A DNA stretch of 62,984 bases, from assembly GCA_035652955.1 (NCBI GenBank), contig DASRCU010000206.1, forward strand, positions 1 through 62,984, read 5' to 3'. The translations under genes and the position numbers were made by a program. Origin of the DNA: Verrucomicrobiia bacterium (GTDB lineage Bacteria > Verrucomicrobiota > Verrucomicrobiia > Limisphaerales > UBA11358). This document shows, piece after piece, positions 26,929 to 37,511 of this stretch; position 1 is the first letter of the stretch, and each line of letters opens with the position of its first letter. A model generated the notes under the pieces. It was not told the DNA's origin and searched no databases. It saw only the letters and a program-made list of their open reading frames with translations.

Positions 26929-28344
26929 CTATTGGCTCTGCGGAACCAGTTCGTAATGCGTGGGGCGCGGCCGGGCGGCGGCGTACTGTTCGTCGGCCAG
27001 ACTTTCCTCCTGCTTTTTCAACGCCGCCAACAGGGCCTCGGTGGCCTGTTGCACAGCCGGATCCGGGTCGGCGGCCAGTTTCAATTGAATGCCGCGCCAG
27101 GCAAAAAAGCGCCACTGCACCTGTTGCCAGACCAGGTGCAGCACGTGATAGCTCTGTTCCAACATGGGCGTGCGGTATTGGGCCAGATTCACGCCCTCGG
27201 CAAGTTGTTGGGCGCTGAATTCGCCGACGGACTGGCCGTTGATTTTCAGTTGATAATTTCCCGTGGCCAGGCCCGTCACTTGCAGCGGTTCCTGGTCGAG
27301 GGCCGGATAGAAACCGGAATCGTTCACAATCATTTGGGCGGCGGCGTTGGTGTAATCCCAGCGCGGCGCCGGCGCCGGCCAGAACAGCGAGGTGCCCGTG
27401 CCTTCCGAGGGCGGAAATTGCGGCCAATCCTCGTGCAGTGCCAGAATCGGGAAGGGCAGAGCGCGGTCGTCTTGCGTCCAGGACAGAACGCCGTTCGCGG
27501 TTTTGATCTCGCTCACTTCGGTGTTGTCCGACCGCACCGCTTCGTTTTTCGCCACGTCAATGTTCACCGCCGTGACTGTCGCCGGTGCGTTCCAGGACTG
27601 AAGAATCCCTTGTGCCATCACCAGTTGACCGGCCGCCGAGGGATGCACGCGGTCGGGAATCACTTCGTGGGCCAGAGTCGGATTTTCCGCCTGCATTTTT
27701 TTCATCACGTCCACCAGCGGCGTGTTGAGGTCCACGCACGACAGATGATGCTCCGCCGCCAGTTGACGGACAAACGCGCTGTAACGCTCCAGCACTCCGT
27801 TGTAACCGCCCGGAAAATTCGGCGCCTTTGTCACGTCATCGTACGGCGAGGGTTCGATCAACACCAGCCGCACACCGGGCAAATGCTCTTGTAGCGACTG
27901 GACGAGGTGCTCGTAGCCGTTGGTGTAGGCGGCGAAAATTTTTTCGTCGAACGGACGATATTGCGCGTCGTTCATGCCCAGCATGATGGTCACCACGTTC
28001 GGCTTAAACGGAAACACATCGCGTTCCAGCCGCAGATCAATGGGGCCGGCCCAGCCGCCGGAGACCTTGTCGCCCCCCACACCGGAATTTACAAACTCCA
28101 CGTGCAGATGGGGAAAGCGCGTGCGGACGAACGTCTGGACGTCCACGCCGTAAAAACGCTGTTCGGTGATGCTGTCGCCGTAAAAACAAACCCGGTCGCC
28201 GTCCTTGAGAAAAAACGGCGCGCCACCGGCGTCGTCCGCTTGGACCGGCCTGCTTCCCAGCCACAAGCCGGGCACGATGGCGCAGAGCAAAAAGGGAATC
28301 TTCAGGCACAGGACGGATTTGGGGGTTCGAGCAATGTTATTCAT
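26929..28344 (-). CDS. Secreted SGNH/GDSL-family hydrolase with C-terminal accessory domain
   Basis: Signal peptide, CFYGDSITEQ (GDS block), NSGVGGD, IMLGMNDA and IPDRVHPS (D..H) motifs. Confidence 0.85.
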   Translation of the reverse strand: MNNIARTPKSVLCLKIPFLLCAIVPGLWLGSRPVQADDAGGAPFFLKDGDRVCFYGDSITEQRFYGVDVQTFVRTRFPHLHVEFVNSGVGGDKVSGGWAGPIDLRLERDVFPFKPNVVTIMLGMNDAQYRPFDEKIFAAYTNGYEHLVQSLQEHLPGVRLVLIEPSPYDDVTKAPNFPGGYNGVLERYSAFVRQLAAEHHLSCVDLNTPLVDVMKKMQAENPTLAHEVIPDRVHPSAAGQLVMAQGILQSWNAPATVTAVNIDVAKNEAVRSDNTEVSEIKTANGVLSWTQDDRALPFPILALHEDWPQFPPSEGTGTSLFWPAPAPRWDYTNAAAQMIVNDSGFYPALDQEPLQVTGLATGNYQLKINGQSVGEFSAQQLAEGVNLAQYRTPMLEQSYHVLHLVWQQVQWRFFAWRGIQLKLAADPDPAVQQATEALLAALKKQEESLADEQYAAARPRPTHYELVPQSQ

Positions 28345-28374
28345 GGGTGCCCACAGACTGAATTTTCCTTGGCC

Positions 28375-29092
28375 TCAAGTCAAATCTAAAACTAAGAGGT
28401 TCCAGAAATTCGATGACTTGCGGAGCCTTGATGGTGCCGACGAACAGCCGAAAGTAGAAGTTCCAGATCGTAATGCCCCCATCGCCGAGAGGCGCTTCCA
28501 GTTCAACAAATATTGCAACACGGGAGTTTGGCCTCGCGGAACCCACGTGCAACCCGGTGCGGCCGCTCGCTCAAGCCGCTTTCGTCCCACGAACACTATC
28601 GTTCGGTGCTGCTGGAACACTTTTTTTATTTCCGGCCAGCGCACCTGTTTCCACCGTTGGATGGCTGGCTCGTCCCGTTGGGTGGCCCGCCCCACCGGTC
28701 GCTGGCAACTCCAGCCCAGGAAACATAAAATGCGCCCCACCTGTCCCGGATGAAACTTCTGCCCGGTCTGTCTTTCAATCCGATCGGCCACACGCCAGGC
28801 CGTCCTCAGCGAGGTGCCATATCCCAGCGCCTCCGGACCCTCTTTCAAACCTTCGCGCAGTTGTTCCACTTGGCCGACTTGCAGACGCGCCTTGCGTCCG
28901 GCGCGCCGTTTTGCAAAGCGCCCTGGTGCCTTGTTGTTTCCAGGCTTGATGCTACCGGCTAACCGATTGGCAATGCACACCCCTCATCGGGCCACTTCGC
29001 CTGGTGGACGCCCGGTCAAAGAGTCTGGCAGCTTTGAGCCGCCGCCGTTCCAATTCATCAAAATCGTGCTCGACGTCTTTGGGATGACCCAT
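28375..29092 (-). pseudogene. IS630-family transposase pseudogene (multiple frameshifts, 3' truncated)
   Basis: Across shifting frames I read the HTH part (ELERRRLKAARLF...), ...GYGTSLRTAWRVADRIERQTGQKFHPGQVGRILCFLGWSCQRP, RWKQVRWPEIKK, IVFV|DESGLSERPHRV|..TWVPRGQTPVLQY, and FYFRLFVGTIKAPQVIEFLEPL. The DDE C-terminal part is missing. Confidence 0.75.
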
Positions 29093-29411
29093 GTCGGAAA
29101 ATTACCAAACGGAATCGACGTTGCCACTTTAATATTATGCGATCGCCAGTAAGTTCAACCGGGAGCCTTCCAAGATTCTTGGACAGAAAATCCTGTGGCT
29201 TTACCACCGACAAAGCTCCAGAAATCGTGCTCATTCATGTGTTGGGCAAGTTACTCGAGCCGGAAGTCATCCATGAATTCTTTTAAAGAACCCGAGAAAT
29301 TGACACGGTCTGTCACCTTGCGATGAATAACATTGATCAAAGTGGACCTGGTCTTCAATGAGGAGCGCGGGTGGCACAAGCACCCGTGCTCCAACTTTCA
29401 ATTAGTCTCCC

Positions 29412-31391
29412 TTAAGGCGCCAAAATGGCCCGGTAATATCGTGGCCCTGTAGAAATTGGAGTTGGATCAAATACCAAATACGGTGAGGTGGGCAATGATG
29501 GGATGTCTTCCAACAATATCCACGTCGGCGAGCTGAGTGATGTGGTGTATTGAACCTGATAATGCCCGCCCACTGTCCCGGACACGAGAATGCCAGGGTT
29601 CAACTGGATGGCCACTGTAGGGGCAACAGCGATGACAACATTCGCAACCGCACTGGTGATCGAGCCGAAGGAGTTGGAAACTATCACCGAGTAAGCCCCA
29701 TCATTTTCGGCGGTGACGTTGGTCAGAACCAACGTTGAAGAGTTAGCGCCGCTGATTGCAACCCCATTCAGATACCACTGATAACTCAAAGGAAGGCTAC
29801 CTCCTGCGGTAACACTCAGAGTAACCGTGCTGCCAGGCGGAAAAGTGCCGCCCCGGGGCTGGTGACTGGGATTGGAGATGGCTGGCTTACCGGAGACAGA
29901 AACTTCTAATGTTGGCCCTACGTAGTGGGGATAGGGACTCGCATCATTCTGGCCAGGGAGTGTACCTGGGCCGCCGCCGCCAGGACCATAAAAGAATCTA
30001 GAATTTCCATTAACAATTGCTCCATTTCCTGTGTTGGTTGTCACGCCCAGTGGTGCACTGGCATAGTCACCACCATACTGCGCCACCGCATACAAGCCAG
30101 GCTCCAAGTTTATGGAATTCGTCGGAGCCGCCAAAAAGAGATATGCGCTGGCACCCGTTGCGGTTCCCGTGCTGCCGCTGGGAAAAGTAACGGTCCCTAA
30201 AACCACCTGCGCCGCTGCATCCCATAATTGGACGGTCACCGTACTGCTATTCGTACCTTGATCGGGTGAGACAAACCCCAGTTGAGATACGGATACTGAA
30301 GTGCCTTTCGAAACGGAAAAGTAATTCGCGATGCCAGGGGCATAACTTCCCACATGATCGTAACCACTCATAGTTGATGGGTCATACAGCAGGAATGGAC
30401 TCGGGGGTGCTACTATTAGTGCCGCGTCCGCGCTGTAGGTAAACTCGTTGGCAGCATTGCTTACGACCACCCGATAATTCCCTGCATCCGCGGCCGATGC
30501 ACCAGTGATTGAGTAAGAGGCTGAATTTGCCCCGGAAATGCTGTTCGTATCATTGAACAACCATTGATAAGTGAGTGGGCCCGGAGGGTTATTTGTCGCC
30601 GTGACCGTGAATGTCGCATTACCACCTTCGGCAACGGTCTGGCTTTGTGGTTGAGTGGTGATAACCGGCGCCGGGAGAGGGGTATAAGTGATCGTCATAC
30701 CGGATAGCTCGGCGCGCAGTGTGCCAGGATACTCATCATTGCAGATTGTGAACGAAAAACTGTCACCGCTCAAGGTGAGGTTGGTTGTTACAGAGGCAAT
30801 CGATGTGCCGTTTGAAGCAACATTCACAGGAGTGTCAAAGTTCAGAGTTGTAGTGCCGTTAAAGATGGCTGGTTGAAATGTGTAAGCAGGGCCGCTGCCG
30901 TCGATTGCCGCCATTAATTTGACAGAGTAGTTGGTGGCGGTTAATGTACTCATACCACTGACGGTTACGGTAATTGGTCCGCCGCACAGGCTGTCGTTTT
31001 GCATAGCGTACAGGCACCCGGAAAACACTTGGTTCTCGCCCGCGCTGAAACCTGAAAAAATTGCGCGTGACTCCCATAATCCTCCTCCAGTAGACCATGT
31101 TATAGTGAGAATGCCTCCACTGGGAGGAGCCACAACCTCTGTTCCGCTTGTGGTAAAAAAGCTGGTCCAATTTGCGGTTGGCACACCGAAGGCGCCGCCG
31201 GGATCAGTAATCGGCACGCCGGTGACAACCCATTGTATACCTATACTGGCAGTTTGAGCGTTGGTTTGCCCAACGCTCCAAACTAACAACGCTAGGAGCG
31301 CAAGTGCAATCGCCGGTTTAAGTGCCCCAATTCCTGACTTTCTTGTATTACACCGCCGGGGAGTGCAGATGATTAATTTGTTTGTTTTCAT
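29412..31391 (-). CDS. Secreted protein with two Ig-like (I-set-like) domains and a conserved C-terminal sorting-like domain
   Basis: Signal peptide (ALALLALLVWSVGQTNA). Two repeats have the pattern P.I...P.....V..G...T..V.A.G..PL.YQW..N...I.GA.S....L......D.G.Y.V.V.N. The region is lower in GC. Confidence 0.8.
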   Translation of the reverse strand: MKTNKLIICTPRRCNTRKSGIGALKPAIALALLALLVWSVGQTNAQTASIGIQWVVTGVPITDPGGAFGVPTANWTSFFTTSGTEVVAPPSGGILTITWSTGGGLWESRAIFSGFSAGENQVFSGCLYAMQNDSLCGGPITVTVSGMSTLTATNYSVKLMAAIDGSGPAYTFQPAIFNGTTTLNFDTPVNVASNGTSIASVTTNLTLSGDSFSFTICNDEYPGTLRAELSGMTITYTPLPAPVITTQPQSQTVAEGGNATFTVTATNNPPGPLTYQWLFNDTNSISGANSASYSITGASAADAGNYRVVVSNAANEFTYSADAALIVAPPSPFLLYDPSTMSGYDHVGSYAPGIANYFSVSKGTSVSVSQLGFVSPDQGTNSSTVTVQLWDAAAQVVLGTVTFPSGSTGTATGASAYLFLAAPTNSINLEPGLYAVAQYGGDYASAPLGVTTNTGNGAIVNGNSRFFYGPGGGGPGTLPGQNDASPYPHYVGPTLEVSVSGKPAISNPSHQPRGGTFPPGSTVTLSVTAGGSLPLSYQWYLNGVAISGANSSTLVLTNVTAENDGAYSVIVSNSFGSITSAVANVVIAVAPTVAIQLNPGILVSGTVGGHYQVQYTTSLSSPTWILLEDIPSLPTSPYLVFDPTPISTGPRYYRAILAP

Positions 31392-31482
31392 GGTTGGTCT
31401 TTTGTTGTTGGTTGGCAGTTTATTTTACGAAACCTGTGCACGGCTCTTTTGAACGGATGATTCGAGAGGGCGTCAGAGAATA

Positions 31483-31930
31483 GTGCGAACGATAATCAAT
31501 GCACACATCGGATTGCTGGACTGCCTGCAGATCGCCACCCCGATCAACAAGTTTCTGGAACGCCTGGCTCGGACCTTGGATGGACAGCCGGTGGAAAAGG
31601 CGTTGCAGTTGATGTATCCGCCGACGACGGGGCGTCCGCGGTGCGCACCCCTGGCGCTCTTCAAAATGAGTTTGCTCCAGCACTGCTATGGTCTGTCCGA
31701 TTCGCAGTGCGAGGAGTTGATCAGCGACCGTTTGAGATAGCATCGCTTTGTCGGCTTGGGCTTGCAGGACGCCGGGCCGGATGAAACGACGCAAGTGCGC
31801 TTCCACCACCTGCTGGGAGAAGACGGTCTGCACGAAAAGCTGCTGAGGTTGGTCAACCGGCAACTGCAAATCAATGGTTTGATTTTGTGGGAATGCACAC
31901 TGGTGGATACGACGTGATGGCAACCGTCTG
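31483..31930 (+). pseudogene. N-terminal fragment of an IS5-family transposase (DUF772 region) with in-frame stops
   Basis: ...TTGRPRCAPLALFKMSLLQHCYGLSDSQCEELISDRLR*HRFVGLGLQDAGPDETT...EDGLHEKLLRLVNRQLQINGLILWECTLVDTT* resembles GRP.YPPLALFKMLLLQ.WYGLSD...EE...DRLSFRRF.GL. The DDE half is absent. Confidence 0.75.
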
Positions 31931-32106
31931 CCGCCGGACGAAAATACCCGGCGATGAACGACCAAAGCGGCTACTATTTCAGTGTGGTAAAACTTTTTCA
32001 CATTGAAAATCGTCGGTGACATTAAAACGAGCAAATCAAACAGTCCTTTTTCAGAGGTCTTTTTATGTGAATTTATTGCTTGTATTTAATTGTCAGTCTA
32101 TGGGCT

Positions 32107-32862
32107 CTACCAGTCCCATCCGTCGCTGCTGTGGTCCACCCACCAGTCCGTTTCTTTGGGATCCCCCTTAAAATAGTTCACGGATCCATCCGGATGAACG
32201 ACATTCATGCCATTGTTGTGAGGCATGTACTTGGAGTAGTGGTATGGAATTTCAAAAACCAAAACAGCCTTGCTGGGTTGACGAACAGATGACCCTGGCC
32301 GATTGCTAATAGGAGGCAGACCGTATTGGCTTGTTTTCGGATTCCAATACATGTGATTCCAAACGTAGGTTACCCCCCGGTTGTTATAAAAAAAGTTACC
32401 AGCGGCAAAGGCGAAATCAGCAGTTCCTGACGGCACAGCGGGAGCAATTTGCAAACTGGAGGGGCAGGCCCAAAGTGCTGGCTTTGGGCGATAACTCGTA
32501 ATAGCTTCACCGTTAGTTGGGTTATTAACATTGGTGCCCAAGTAGGGTTGAAAGAGGTCTTGCATCCAAAGTTGCTTGGGATTGCCCAACCCTCCTAATG
32601 CATAGCTGTCCCCCCATGCAGCGCCCCAGTTGTGACAATAAGCAAAGTGATCGCGATAATCGTTTTGATATAGCGTGGAGGCAAGGCCGATTTGCCGTTC
32701 GTTATTGATACAGTACGTCTGTTGAGCGCGTCGTTTTGCCGCCGCCAATGCTGGCAGCAAAATAGCCGCCAAAATAGCAATAATGGCTATAACCACGAGT
32801 AATTCAATCAGGGTGAAAGAGGAATCAAAAACGGCTTTCTCTTTATCGCGTGAATTGCACAT
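32107..32862 (-). CDS. Prepilin-type N-terminal cleavage/methylation domain protein, DUF1559 'H-X9-DG' family
   Basis: [24 protein letters not shown] is a class-III signal/pseudopilin helix. [12 protein letters not shown] near the C-terminus fits H-X9-DG exactly. Confidence 0.9.
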   Translation of the reverse strand: MCNSRDKEKAVFDSSFTLIELLVVIAIIAILAAILLPALAAAKRRAQQTYCINNERQIGLASTLYQNDYRDHFAYCHNWGAAWGDSYALGGLGNPKQLWMQDLFQPYLGTNVNNPTNGEAITSYRPKPALWACPSSLQIAPAVPSGTADFAFAAGNFFYNNRGVTYVWNHMYWNPKTSQYGLPPISNRPGSSVRQPSKAVLVFEIPYHYSKYMPHNNGMNVVHPDGSVNYFKGDPKETDWWVDHSSDGWDW

Positions 32863-33191
32863 AACGCTTTATATTTAAGCTTCTTTGATGTTTCTAGTGG
32901 CTATTCTCCATTTTGCTCCTGCGGAACCGGGACACACAGTTCATTATGGGCTGCGCTCCGCCAACTTTGACGCGCCACCAGCCGGCTCGGTTTCCAGTGT
33001 GCCGGCAATACTTCAAAGCGTGTATTCATCAATCTTCACGGGCTTATGATACACCTATCATCCACCCGTCGTATTCATCGCCCTTGCAACCCTTCGCGGC
33101 TTGGGCCGATCGAATTGTCTGCCACCAGCCAGTCAAACAGCTCTCCGTAAACTCTTCGGAATGCTTTTACTCGTTATAAACGTCGAAGTTT

Positions 33192-34070
33192 TTGCTTGAC
33201 CATAATTCGTTTTCTAAAGAGAATGAATGGCGTTTTTGGGAAAAAACATGTATTTTTTGGTTGGTGCTGCTCGATGAGATCAAACCGCGGATCGTATTCG
33301 GGACTTCTTGGGGAAGTCCGTTGGGACGGGTCGTTCTTGCGGGTTTGCTCAGACATCACACCGGTGTACCAGAGCGACCCTTGCGCAAACTGGGTAATTA
33401 CGCGCTGGTTTATCTTTTGAACGGAAAGGGTTATTTCCAAGACGCCCGAGGGTTGCGCCGGACGCTGTTACCGGGTGATTTCTGGTTCCTTTTCCCTGAT
33501 GTTCCCCACTGGTATGGCCCTGGCAAAGGCAGCTATTGGGATGAGCTTTATATCGTTTTTACTGGTCCGCTCTTTGACCTTTGGCGCAGTAAAGGACTGC
33601 TGGATCCTGCAGCACCTATCCTGCATCTGGAGCCAGTGGATTATTGGTTGCGACGGATAGAAGAAGTCATTGTCGCAAAAGCTGATCCACTGCAACAAAT
33701 ATGCTCTCTACAGCTCTTGTTCGCTGAAGTTCTACAGGCGTCGGGCGGGACCTCCAAACCAGAGTGGGTGGCACGGGCACTCACGTTGCTGCAGGATGGC
33801 GTGGAACCGCTGGAGAAAGTTGCCCGAATGTCGGGCATGTCTTATGATACTTTTCGGAAACGCTTTGCCTCAGCAACCGGAGTTTCTCCGGGGCGATATC
33901 GAAGGATGAAACTCATTGACAAGGCTTGTGCGCTGATGATCAGCGGGCTGACCAACAAGGAAATCGCTGAGCGCCTGGCTATTTGCGATGAATTCCATTT
34001 TTCTCGGCAATTCAAGAAGATTATGGGTCTTACGACTGCTCAATTTCGGCTAAAAATGCCCAAGAGGTGA
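33192..34070 (+). CDS. AraC-family transcriptional regulator (cupin-like sensor + HTH)
   Basis: C-terminal ...ARMSGMSYDTFRKRFASATGVSPGRYRRMKLIDKACALM...LTNKEIAERLAICDEFHFSRQFKKIMGLTTAQFR is a double AraC HTH. The start codon is uncertain: TTG at 33192 in the track, with no early in-frame ATG. Confidence 0.85.
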   Translation: MLDHNSFSKENEWRFWEKTCIFWLVLLDEIKPRIVFGTSWGSPLGRVVLAGLLRHHTGVPERPLRKLGNYALVYLLNGKGYFQDARGLRRTLLPGDFWFLFPDVPHWYGPGKGSYWDELYIVFTGPLFDLWRSKGLLDPAAPILHLEPVDYWLRRIEEVIVAKADPLQQICSLQLLFAEVLQASGGTSKPEWVARALTLLQDGVEPLEKVARMSGMSYDTFRKRFASATGVSPGRYRRMKLIDKACALMISGLTNKEIAERLAICDEFHFSRQFKKIMGLTTAQFRLKMPKR

Positions 34071-34536
34071 GAGCGTCGGTTTCTGACAGCCAATCTTCTC
34101 TCAGACATTACATTTTGCAAATCCTTATTACCCAAAATGCACATGTGTTTTCCCAAAGCAGTCATGTTATTTCCACCTGGCCCTGCTTATCGTCGGCGAC
34201 GATATGATTTTTCGGTCATTGATTATCAGGTCATTTTTCCGCACCCGACTGGGAACGGCAGGTGACTACAATTCGGTCTGCATTGTAAGGGGTCAAAAGC
34301 ACTCAAGAAGAACGGGTGTTCCCGTTCAATGTCTGGCGAGGAGACCTCCTCAGCGGGACAGGGTGCGTTTGTCAAAAATAGCGGTAGCGGCTACCGGAAT
34401 CGTGGTACCATTCGTCGGTTCCGGAGGTTCGAACAACCATGGGTATTTGAACGAAAGAAGACGGCCGCTGCATATCGGTGTTACGCCAAACGAACGCTTC
34501 TTTCGGCGATCCCAGGTCACCTTTGGCCGCATTGTC

Positions 34537-37503
34537 ATGATCCTCCTGCAACTGGGAATTGTGACACCTTTTTTGCTGCAGGCAGAAATTTCAAGCCACG
34601 GTTCGAATCCCTCGGCCATCATCCAAAACCATCGCATCCGCCTTGTTTATCATCTGGAAAACGGCCGGTTCGATTTCATTGAGGTCCCCACAGGTAAGAT
34701 GGCCATCCAAGCCGCCCACAGTGAAGTTGGCGAATGGTCCTCCTCCGCTTCCGATTGCCAACGAACTGCCAAAATATCCTGGGTAACAAACGAGTTGGGC
34801 ACGGGCCAACGACTCACAGTAAATTGCGTTCGACCAGATGGACCGACTCTCATTACAGAATTCACGATTTATAACGAGAGCTCCTTTGTGGTTCTGCGGC
34901 AAGGCTTGAAAAACACCCTTTCTTCTGCAGTGCGCGTCAAGCAATTTTATCCCTTGAAAGAAGGGATTGTTTTCCCCGGTGAAACATGGACGGACATTCG
35001 CTCTCTGAACGGTGATTCAGCCTCCGCACAGACTCAGGTCACACATGATCAGTTCCGCAGCAGTGCCAATAATCTGCTACTCACTTTCAAACAGGCGGGC
35101 CAACGCAGGTCATTGGTGCTGGGCGGGCTAAAAACTGCTGATTTCACTAAATGGGTGCAAACCACACCACCTGGCGGACATGATCCGCGGTGGTTAACGC
35201 TGGCCCGGCTGTTGCCCGGCGCGAAGCTGGTTAGCTATCTCGACTGCGGGCCGCACGGCCAAAGCCAATCAGATTCCGGCCCGGTAATTAAGGTAGGCAG
35301 CGGACAATCCTTCACGTTTCCAGCGGAATCGGGCGACTCTTGTTATAGCACCGTTTTGTTTGGAGACCGGGAAATTTCTTTCGACATCGCGGGCTTGAAC
35401 CCAGATAAAGATTATGCCATCGGTTTTTCCTGGTGGGACTATGATGCCAACGGCCGGACTGAATCGGTAATCGCTGTCGGCAGTGACCACCAGCCTCATG
35501 TTTTGTTTGCGAAACGCACCTTGCCGCAATTTTCCGGCAGAAAGCAACCGCCCGCCGAATTGGCAGCCTTATTACCTTCGTCCAGTTATACCGATGGTAC
35601 CACGCAAATCCGCTTTCTGAACGATGCGCGCGTTTCCAACGCCGTCGCCAGCGAAATCTGGCTGTGGGAGCTAGGAACCAACACGACTATTCCATCCGAA
35701 TGGGCCGAAGGCCGGCCAGTGACCAAAGATCAGTCGCCGGACGAACGGAATATTCCGGTGGTTGCCGCGCTGGAAGGCAGCGATCCGATTGGCCGGCTTG
35801 TGGATGCCGGCTCGACTTATTTGCCCAAAGACAGTTTCTATGTGGATTGCGGAACGCCGGATCCGTTTAGCGCGTTGGAAAAATACGGACGGCGACTGGC
35901 GCGGGCCACTCATGCCCACCCACACTTTTATGACTTCCCGACGGTTTGCGCGTGGTATGTTGGAGTCTGGCATACACCCGGCGCGCAAAACCATCCGGAA
36001 AAATCGAAATATCGCATCAACACCACCACCGGCCTGGTCGAGGAGATGGACTATGCGCGCGCCAGCGGCTTTCTGCGCTACTCGCGCGTCGCGGGAAGGC
36101 TGGTGCCGGATACTTATGAACCACTGAATCCGCAGGGCTGGTGGAATGATGCTCATTGGCGGCAATTCGGGTATTACGTCGCACCCTATGACACGAGCCG
36201 GAAATTTGGCCGGGCCATGCATGAGCGTGGCGGGCTGGCTTTCATCTATATTCAACCTACTTGCCTTTGGTCCGGCTCCCGCATATCAAGGGATTTCCGT
36301 GAACAACACACGGACTGGCTCTGCAGTAAAGATGTTCACCGGACGCTGGATTATACGAACCCTCGTACGCAACAATACCTTCGTAAGACCTTCGGCGCCT
36401 TGCGCGGCAACATTGACGGGCTAATGGTGGATTACTGTGACGACCTCTGGGTTTCGGAAGCGAGCAAAGGCGGGTTTTACGATCCACACGCGAGCGGCGC
36501 GTCTTTCTACCGGACCTTTTTCAAGCTCATAAAAAACGGGCTGGGCACAAATTCATGGTTGCACGAGCGCAATCTGAATCAGCCGGATAACGACCTGACT
36601 TTGGGTATTGTGGATTCTCAACGCATCTCGTGGGACACGGACAAAATCACTCCGGACATGGTTTCGCGCGGCGGTCTGCGTTGGTATAAAAACCGGGTGG
36701 TGTTGAACTATGACATGGATTCAAAGGATCTGTATAGCTCATGGAAAGTGCCCGGCTTTAATGGTTCGGATGAAGATGGCCGCCGCATGATGTTGACCAT
36801 GACCGCTATCGCCGGCAGCCGCCTGATTATCGCCAATTCATTTCGCGATTTATCGCCGGAAGTGTTGCACGATTTGTCAATGGCGTTTCCTTATTACAGT
36901 GAACGCCGGAGCGCGCGACCGGTGGACGCCTTTGTTCGTGATGGCTGGCCGCAAGTTTATGATCTCGTGATAAATCCCAATTGGCATCAGGTCGTGCTTT
37001 ACAACAATGCCTTGCCTACAAAGAAAGCGCATTTCTCCGTTCCATTAAGTGGAGATTCGGTGGATGGCGCGCTTGGCTTGGACCCTCAAAAGGAGTATTA
37101 CGTCTATGATTTTTGGAACGATCATTTCGTGGGCCGGATCAAAGGCTCGGGCACATTAAATCAAACTTTGCGACCAGGCGAAGCGCGGATGCTTTCCATT
37201 CACGCCGTCGAACCTCACCCGCAATTTATTTCAACCAGCCGTCACATCCTGCAAGGTTATGAGGACATGGCTCGTCTGCCAGTCTGGAATGCAAGGAAAA
37301 ATACTCTGAGCGGTGCTTCCAAAGTCATTGGTGGCGAAACGTATGAAATCGTGATTGCGCTGAACGGATTTCAGGCGGTCAAAGCGTCCGCCCCAAACGC
37401 CAGGATTCGCGTCGAGCCCCATCCGGATAACAAAAATCTTACGTCGTTGAAAATAGACGCGCTGGAAGATCTCACAGTGCCATGGAATCTGGTGTGTAAC
37501 TAA
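34537..37503 (+). CDS. Large secreted glycoside-hydrolase-like protein (clan GH-D / GH36-like TIM barrel with flanking beta-sandwiches), family unassigned
   Basis: I trimmed the start to the ATG at 34537 (MILLQLGIVTPFLLQAEIS, signal-like). The central region reads like a (beta/alpha)8 GH-D barrel: FPTVCAWYVG...GLVEEMDYARASGF...FGRAMHERGGLAFIYIQP...HTDWL...LDYTNPRTQQYL...IDGLMVDYCDD. The C-terminal YYVYDFWNDHFVG...LRPGEARMLSIH looks like a GH27/36-type beta-sandwich. The start is uncertain. Confidence 0.7.
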   Translation: MILLQLGIVTPFLLQAEISSHGSNPSAIIQNHRIRLVYHLENGRFDFIEVPTGKMAIQAAHSEVGEWSSSASDCQRTAKISWVTNELGTGQRLTVNCVRPDGPTLITEFTIYNESSFVVLRQGLKNTLSSAVRVKQFYPLKEGIVFPGETWTDIRSLNGDSASAQTQVTHDQFRSSANNLLLTFKQAGQRRSLVLGGLKTADFTKWVQTTPPGGHDPRWLTLARLLPGAKLVSYLDCGPHGQSQSDSGPVIKVGSGQSFTFPAESGDSCYSTVLFGDREISFDIAGLNPDKDYAIGFSWWDYDANGRTESVIAVGSDHQPHVLFAKRTLPQFSGRKQPPAELAALLPSSSYTDGTTQIRFLNDARVSNAVASEIWLWELGTNTTIPSEWAEGRPVTKDQSPDERNIPVVAALEGSDPIGRLVDAGSTYLPKDSFYVDCGTPDPFSALEKYGRRLARATHAHPHFYDFPTVCAWYVGVWHTPGAQNHPEKSKYRINTTTGLVEEMDYARASGFLRYSRVAGRLVPDTYEPLNPQGWWNDAHWRQFGYYVAPYDTSRKFGRAMHERGGLAFIYIQPTCLWSGSRISRDFREQHTDWLCSKDVHRTLDYTNPRTQQYLRKTFGALRGNIDGLMVDYCDDLWVSEASKGGFYDPHASGASFYRTFFKLIKNGLGTNSWLHERNLNQPDNDLTLGIVDSQRISWDTDKITPDMVSRGGLRWYKNRVVLNYDMDSKDLYSSWKVPGFNGSDEDGRRMMLTMTAIAGSRLIIANSFRDLSPEVLHDLSMAFPYYSERRSARPVDAFVRDGWPQVYDLVINPNWHQVVLYNNALPTKKAHFSVPLSGDSVDGALGLDPQKEYYVYDFWNDHFVGRIKGSGTLNQTLRPGEARMLSIHAVEPHPQFISTSRHILQGYEDMARLPVWNARKNTLSGASKVIGGETYEIVIALNGFQAVKASAPNARIRVEPHPDNKNLTSLKIDALEDLTVPWNLVCN

Positions 37504-37511
37504 CGCGAATA

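Noticed and set aside
25499-27894. Plus-strand ORFs 25499..26956 (485 aa) and 26932..27894 (320 aa).
   Set aside because: They are antisense to the two SGNH hydrolase genes and are R/G/H-rich with no motifs.
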